Shown here piece after piece: positions 59,989-64,000 of a DNA stretch of 64,000 bases. A model generated the notes under the pieces. That model saw only the letters and a program-made list of their open reading frames with translations, had not been told where the DNA came from and did not search any database. Numbering within the stretch: position 1 is the stretch's first letter; every line of letters starts with the position of its first letter. Source of the DNA: a virus. The position numbers were made by a program, and so were the translations under genes. The stretch lies in the IMG/VR virus record IMGVR_UViG_3300031251_000002, positions 32,001-96,000 of that record. One strand, written 5' to 3'.

Positions 59989-60348
59989 GTGAATGAATCT
60001 CTTCGGGCTGTAATCACCCAGCAGATGCTTCAGGAAGCCATTGATCAGGACAAGGCGGTAATCAACGCCAAGCTGGCGCTGGCTCAGTCATACATTGATA
60101 AGGCTCATGGCTTGATGCAGGAAGTCAACGATCAGACGGACCAGACGGCTTCCCGCGTTCGGGCTGCGGGCGTTACTCCTAAGGTGGATCCGTCTGCAAT
60201 CAAAGCTGATGCCTACGACACGACCTCCGCACTTGCCAAGGCGAGCTACTCGCTCGGACGCATGCTCGGCAAGGTGGCGGTGTTCTTTGCTGGAATGGCA
60301 GTTGGTGGTCTGGTTGGCGGGGGTAACAATTACAAGCCCTCTCTCTGA
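59989..60348 (+). CDS. Hypothetical helical protein with a hydrophobic Gly-rich C-terminus
   Basis: GGGGAG RBS then GTG; NES/LQEA sites; VAVFFAGMAVGGLVGGG. Confidence 0.6.
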   Translation: MNESLRAVITQQMLQEAIDQDKAVINAKLALAQSYIDKAHGLMQEVNDQTDQTASRVRAAGVTPKVDPSAIKADAYDTTSALAKASYSLGRMLGKVAVFFAGMAVGGLVGGGNNYKPSL

Positions 60349-60881
60349 TGCAGATCACGCAAGAAGGGGCGCAGCCGGTTGGGCTGATGCTCCCCTACGA
60401 CAAGCGTGGCGAGACAGTCTCTTCGACTGTCAAAGGCAAGATGCTGTCATCGGCTCGCTGGCTGGCGCGAGAGATCAGGAAACGAATCCGCGATCAGGTC
60501 TACAACTGGCCTGACCTGACCGAACGATACTTGCAATGGAAGGAAGAACAGGGGCTTGATACACGGACACTGATTGCTTACGGCTACTACATAAACGCCA
60601 TCCAAGCATGGGAAACCAAAGGTGGGGTTGTTGTAGGAGTCGAGGATCGTGTTCACCGTGTCTCAGGCATCCCGTTACGGCTGATTGGTCTGTGGCTGGA
60701 GTACGGAACCTTCAACCCTGATGGCTCTGTTCGCATGCCAGCGCGGCCTCACTGGAGACCGACGATTCTAGACTGGAAGAACAACAAGTACCGAAGCGAC
60801 CGGAGAGAGATTCAGAAGATGATGGCGGATGACGCCAAGAAGTCTCTCCGGACGGCGTTACGAAAGACACTAAAGCGATGA
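60348..60881 (+). CDS. Neck/tail-completion protein (HK97 gp10-like)
   Basis: LIA.G.Y.NAI...WLEYGT...RMPARPHWRP. Confidence 0.75.
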   Translation: MQITQEGAQPVGLMLPYDKRGETVSSTVKGKMLSSARWLAREIRKRIRDQVYNWPDLTERYLQWKEEQGLDTRTLIAYGYYINAIQAWETKGGVVVGVEDRVHRVSGIPLRLIGLWLEYGTFNPDGSVRMPARPHWRPTILDWKNNKYRSDRREIQKMMADDAKKSLRTALRKTLKR

Positions 60882-61723
60882 CTGCTCCTACATACACGCT
60901 GCGTACCAATCCGTTCGTTGTCTACGACAACGCGGTGCAGGCTTTTCTTGAGCAGACGGTGGTGGGCGACAAGGGCAAGCTGGAGTCGGTTCCTATCAAT
61001 TTCGCTACCCCTCGAAAAGAGTTTGCGTCCCAGCTAACCCTCAATCCCAAGAACGTCGATCCGATTACACGGACAACGCCGGTTGACAACCCACGTACTC
61101 AGAAGACGGTTCCGTACCCGACGCTTGGCATTCTTCGGATGTCGCCAGTGTTTGACTCCTCTCGCTTTCGTCCACTCGTAGAGCGGAAGCTGAAGATCCT
61201 CGACCGTAATCGTGCATGGATGCAAGCGCGGTATGCCCTTCCGTGGGATCTTCAGTACCAGATTGACATGCGAGCCAAGTACCGGACGCACCTCAATCAG
61301 ATGATCAACAACATGTTTCTGAAGTTCTACGAGCCATGGATGCCCGTCACCGTTGACTGGGGTGACCCATACGGTGTTAAGAACGTGTACATGCACTTGG
61401 AGGGCTTGACCGACAACTCGGTGCTGGAGGTTGAGGACGAGAACAAGGACCGTGTTCTTCGTGCAACGGCTACGCTGACGCTCAAGGCATGGTTCCTTCA
61501 GAAGCTCACCCAGACGCCGACTGCTCTTCAGATTTACACGGACATCTACGCCGTTCCCATCTGGGAGAGCGTCGAGGACGCGGAAGCGGAGAACGAGACG
61601 ACGTTAATCGAGTCTCACGAAATCTCAGCCGATGCGTTGGCAAAGCAGGTAGACGATGCCGCAGCCGAGAAGGCTGCGCTGGAAGAGAAGGAAGAACGCC
61701 GTCATTGGGTTCACAAACTATAG
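60878..61723 (+). CDS. Tail terminator / sheath stabiliser (gp15-like)
   Basis: VPI.FATP.K...P.L.I.R....D..R...PW.L.YQID...D.S.LE.....R..R.T..L.LKAW. Confidence 0.7.
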   Translation: MTAPTYTLRTNPFVVYDNAVQAFLEQTVVGDKGKLESVPINFATPRKEFASQLTLNPKNVDPITRTTPVDNPRTQKTVPYPTLGILRMSPVFDSSRFRPLVERKLKILDRNRAWMQARYALPWDLQYQIDMRAKYRTHLNQMINNMFLKFYEPWMPVTVDWGDPYGVKNVYMHLEGLTDNSVLEVEDENKDRVLRATATLTLKAWFLQKLTQTPTALQIYTDIYAVPIWESVEDAEAENETTLIESHEISADALAKQVDDAAAEKAALEEKEERRHWVHKL

Positions 61724-61730
61724 GTGATTT

Positions 61731-62525
61731 ATGGCAGACCAGATTCCAGACGATAAGAAGGCGGGACGTTTCGTGATTCCGGTTGACTACATCAACGCAG
61801 CAACGGGTGTTACAGACGAGGACGCCTTGAAGGTAATGAATGCCCTCCAGATTCAGCTAGATCGTGACTTCGCCCCAGTATGGGGTGTTGACTGCGCCTT
61901 GACCTTCGTTGGCAAGGGCAAGGCAGGAGCCAAGGATCATTGGTGGCTCGTCCTGCTCGACACCGCAGATCAGGCTGGTGCCCTTGGCTACCACGACCTG
62001 ACCGACACCGGCCTCCCAATTGGCAAGGTCTTCGTCAAGACAACCATGGACGATGGCGGGCAGTGGAGCGTCACATCTTCACATGAATTGATGGAGATGC
62101 TGATCGACCCGTGGATCAACCTCTGCGTCCTGACTCAGAGCTTCCCCGGCGCGGGTGGGGAACTAGTCCTAGTCGCCTACGAAGTTGCCGACGCACCCGA
62201 AGACGACCAGTTCGGCTACCCGATCAACGGGGTTCAGGTTTCAGATTTTGTCTACCCAGCCTACTTTGAGGAGTCGCCGGTATCGAGCGCCAAGCTTGAC
62301 CATCTCGGCCACATTACCTCCCAGTTCCAGATCCTCTCGGGCGGCTACCTGTCCATGATGGCGCTTAAGGGCGCGTCTGGCTGGCGACAGGTTACTAACC
62401 GTGCCAACGTTTCGGCTCGCGCTGCGTATCGTGATCTTCCGCAGGTTGGCTCTCGTCGTGAGCGCCGTCAGCGCGGGGTTTCCAACTATATGAATTCCAA
62501 CGTGTTAGCAGGACCGGGAGCCTAG
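61731..62525 (+). CDS. Putative zinc metallopeptidase-like protein
   Basis: GALGYHD, SHELMEMLIDP, YEVAD..E, VSDFVYP.YF. Confidence 0.6.
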   Translation: MADQIPDDKKAGRFVIPVDYINAATGVTDEDALKVMNALQIQLDRDFAPVWGVDCALTFVGKGKAGAKDHWWLVLLDTADQAGALGYHDLTDTGLPIGKVFVKTTMDDGGQWSVTSSHELMEMLIDPWINLCVLTQSFPGAGGELVLVAYEVADAPEDDQFGYPINGVQVSDFVYPAYFEESPVSSAKLDHLGHITSQFQILSGGYLSMMALKGASGWRQVTNRANVSARAAYRDLPQVGSRRERRQRGVSNYMNSNVLAGPGA

Positions 62526-62527
62526 GT

Positions 62528-62692
62528 ATGTCGAAGTCTATTGCGGAGTTCGTGGATGCCTTGGTAGGCAAGGAACTTGATGAGATCACTACTACAGGTG
62601 ACATCGCCATTGTTCCGATGGGTATGAAGAAAAAGCCAGATCCGGAAGACGACGTAGACGCTTTGGACAAAGAGGCCAAGGTAAAGGATTGA
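62528..62692 (+). CDS. Small acidic putative head protein (54 aa, not in ORF track)
   Basis: MSKSIAEFVDALVGKELDEITTTGDIAIVPMG...*. Confidence 0.65.
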   Translation: MSKSIAEFVDALVGKELDEITTTGDIAIVPMGMKKKPDPEDDVDALDKEAKVKD

Positions 62693-62756
62693 CTTTTTAA
62701 CAGTTTCGGTCGGTTAACCCCCTAAATCTGGATACTTAGGAAAGAAGGGAGATTCT

Positions 62757-62993
62757 ATGCCAGCTATGGTTCGGATTCAGAACAAGCAAGCACAGACGCT
62801 CAACATCCTCCTCATGGAGAATGGCAAGGCGTCAACGAAGTCTCTCCTACCTCGCGCAATCGTGGACGTTGAGGCCAGCGCTCTAACTAGGACAGTATTT
62901 GACCTAGTGCAGCGCGGTCACATCGCCCTCAACGCGGTCGGTATGGAAGAGGCCAAGCCTGAGAAGGCGTCCAAGAAGAAGGACGAACTGTAA
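62757..62993 (+). CDS. Small protein preceding the tail sheath
   Basis: GGGAG RBS; 78 aa. Confidence 0.7.
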   Translation: MPAMVRIQNKQAQTLNILLMENGKASTKSLLPRAIVDVEASALTRTVFDLVQRGHIALNAVGMEEAKPEKASKKKDEL

Positions 62994-63215
62994 GTATTGG
63001 ATTGCAGGAAACATGGTGCAAAGGTTATCTGGAGATAGCGCTAGCTAAGAGAAAATCCAAAAGGGCTTCGTCGTCAAAAGTGATGGCCAAGCGGTTATGC
63101 CTTCCGTAACTCTTAGATGCTCTGCCTCAAGACCATGTTCCCCCGGTGGGTCACACGAAGAAAAACGTGGTTCCTGCTTTCGTATTCAACACCAAACAAG
63201 ACTTTGAAATACTTA
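62991..63215 (+). ncRNA. Candidate multi-branched structured RNA upstream of the tail sheath gene
   Basis: At least eight mutually compatible helices plus a possible pseudoknot (see findings). Confidence 0.55.
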
Positions 63216-63230
63216 ACAGGAGACTAACGC

Positions 63231-64000
63231 ATGGCCACCTTTGTGTCCCCCGGCGTATACGTGATTGAACAAGACTTCAGTCTGTATATCCCGAACCTAT
63301 CAACTACAATCCTCGGTCTCGTTGGAGCGGCCCAGAAAGGCCCTCTGAACGAAGCGACCCAGATTACCTCGGCAGTTGAATTCATTCAGACGTTTGGTGA
63401 ACCTGCGCCAACGATGTTTGGTCCATACGCCGCCCTCCAGTACCTACAGGAAGGCAGCACGATGTACTACTGCCGTGTGGCTGGTCCGGATGCCTACACG
63501 GCACTCTTCCAGATCCCCTCGGCAGAGACGGGTGGAACCGACGTAGCGGCTGTTGCAGCAACTGCGCTTCCGGGTCCGTTCGCCATCACCCTCTCGACCA
63601 ACGACACGCTGACGATCACTGAGATTGATTACTCCAGCGGTTCGTACGTCACGACGGTTCGTACGATCACCCTGACAGCGGGTGGCGCTCGCACAGCGAC
63701 TCAGATCCTTGCTGACATCACCGGCACGGCGGGTTACGCGAGCTTCAATTTCACAGCCGCCATTCCCGGTGGCTTGCTGACGATTACCGACAAGAACAAG
63801 ACCAACCAGAAGGGTTTCGTTGTCGGTGGCAATGCGCGGATCACCCTCGGTTTCGATAGCGTTGAACACTACGGTGTAGACGTTACGGCCCTCCCAGCAA
63901 CAATCGCTGGCTCTCAGTCCCAGCCGTTCAACATCTCCGGATCCAACGACACCCTGAAGATCGTTGAGAACGATCTTCGCTCTGGCTCCCCGGCGGTGCT
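63231..64000 (+). CDS. Tail sheath protein (gp18-like), truncated by window end
   Basis: MATFVSPGVYVIEQDFSLY...LGLVGAAQKGPLNE...ITS..EF..TFGEP...YL.EG...Y..RV. Confidence 0.95.
   Translation, partial: MATFVSPGVYVIEQDFSLYIPNLSTTILGLVGAAQKGPLNEATQITSAVEFIQTFGEPAPTMFGPYAALQYLQEGSTMYYCRVAGPDAYTALFQIPSAETGGTDVAAVAATALPGPFAITLSTNDTLTITEIDYSSGSYVTTVRTITLTAGGARTATQILADITGTAGYASFNFTAAIPGGLLTITDKNKTNQKGFVVGGNARITLGFDSVEHYGVDVTALPATIAGSQSQPFNISGSNDTLKIVENDLRSGSPAV

Noticed and set aside
62997-63177. Group II intron or decayed homing endonuclease
   Set aside because: No GUGYG start or domain V; only a short DCRKHG reading followed by stops; the dense pairing is better explained as a structured RNA.

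Overview
The window is part of a large, gene-dense myovirus-type phage genome. Essentially all convincing genes are on the + strand. The left arm (1-22.9 kb) is an accessory region of small ORFs. It includes RtcB RNA ligase, a cyclic-phosphate-processing receiver domain, HU, a HicA-like protein, an NDT-like protein, a metallophosphoesterase, an Acb2/Tad1-like protein, an LMW-PTP-like protein and several secreted Pro/Thr-rich or collagen-like proteins. Two of the secreted proteins carry domains I associate with Acidobacteriota (Thermoanaerobaculia-type) surface proteins, the likely host. The right arm (39.9-64 kb) is morphogenesis: T4 gp21-like prohead protease fused to a scaffold, gp23-like major capsid protein, neck and tail-completion proteins, repetitive fibre proteins, a glycosyltransferase/methyltransferase pair and the start of the tail sheath. 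The most unusual part lies between them (21.6-38.5 kb). A MuF-like head protein precedes very large 'beads-on-a-string' proteins built of dozens of unrelated zinc-finger and other micro-domains. These are joined by a recurring (K/R)-(N/G)-E-(A/G/S) linker that looks like a prohead-protease site, and several linkers are exact DNA direct repeats. I propose a capsid-packaged, protease-resolved, recombination-shuffled polyprotein cargo array. Other notable items are a phage anti-anti-sigma/anti-sigma pair, a candidate alternative-sigma promoter motif and two extensively base-paired intergenic RNAs (23.07-23.20 kb and 62.99-63.22 kb). All family calls are by visual motif recognition; no searches were run.
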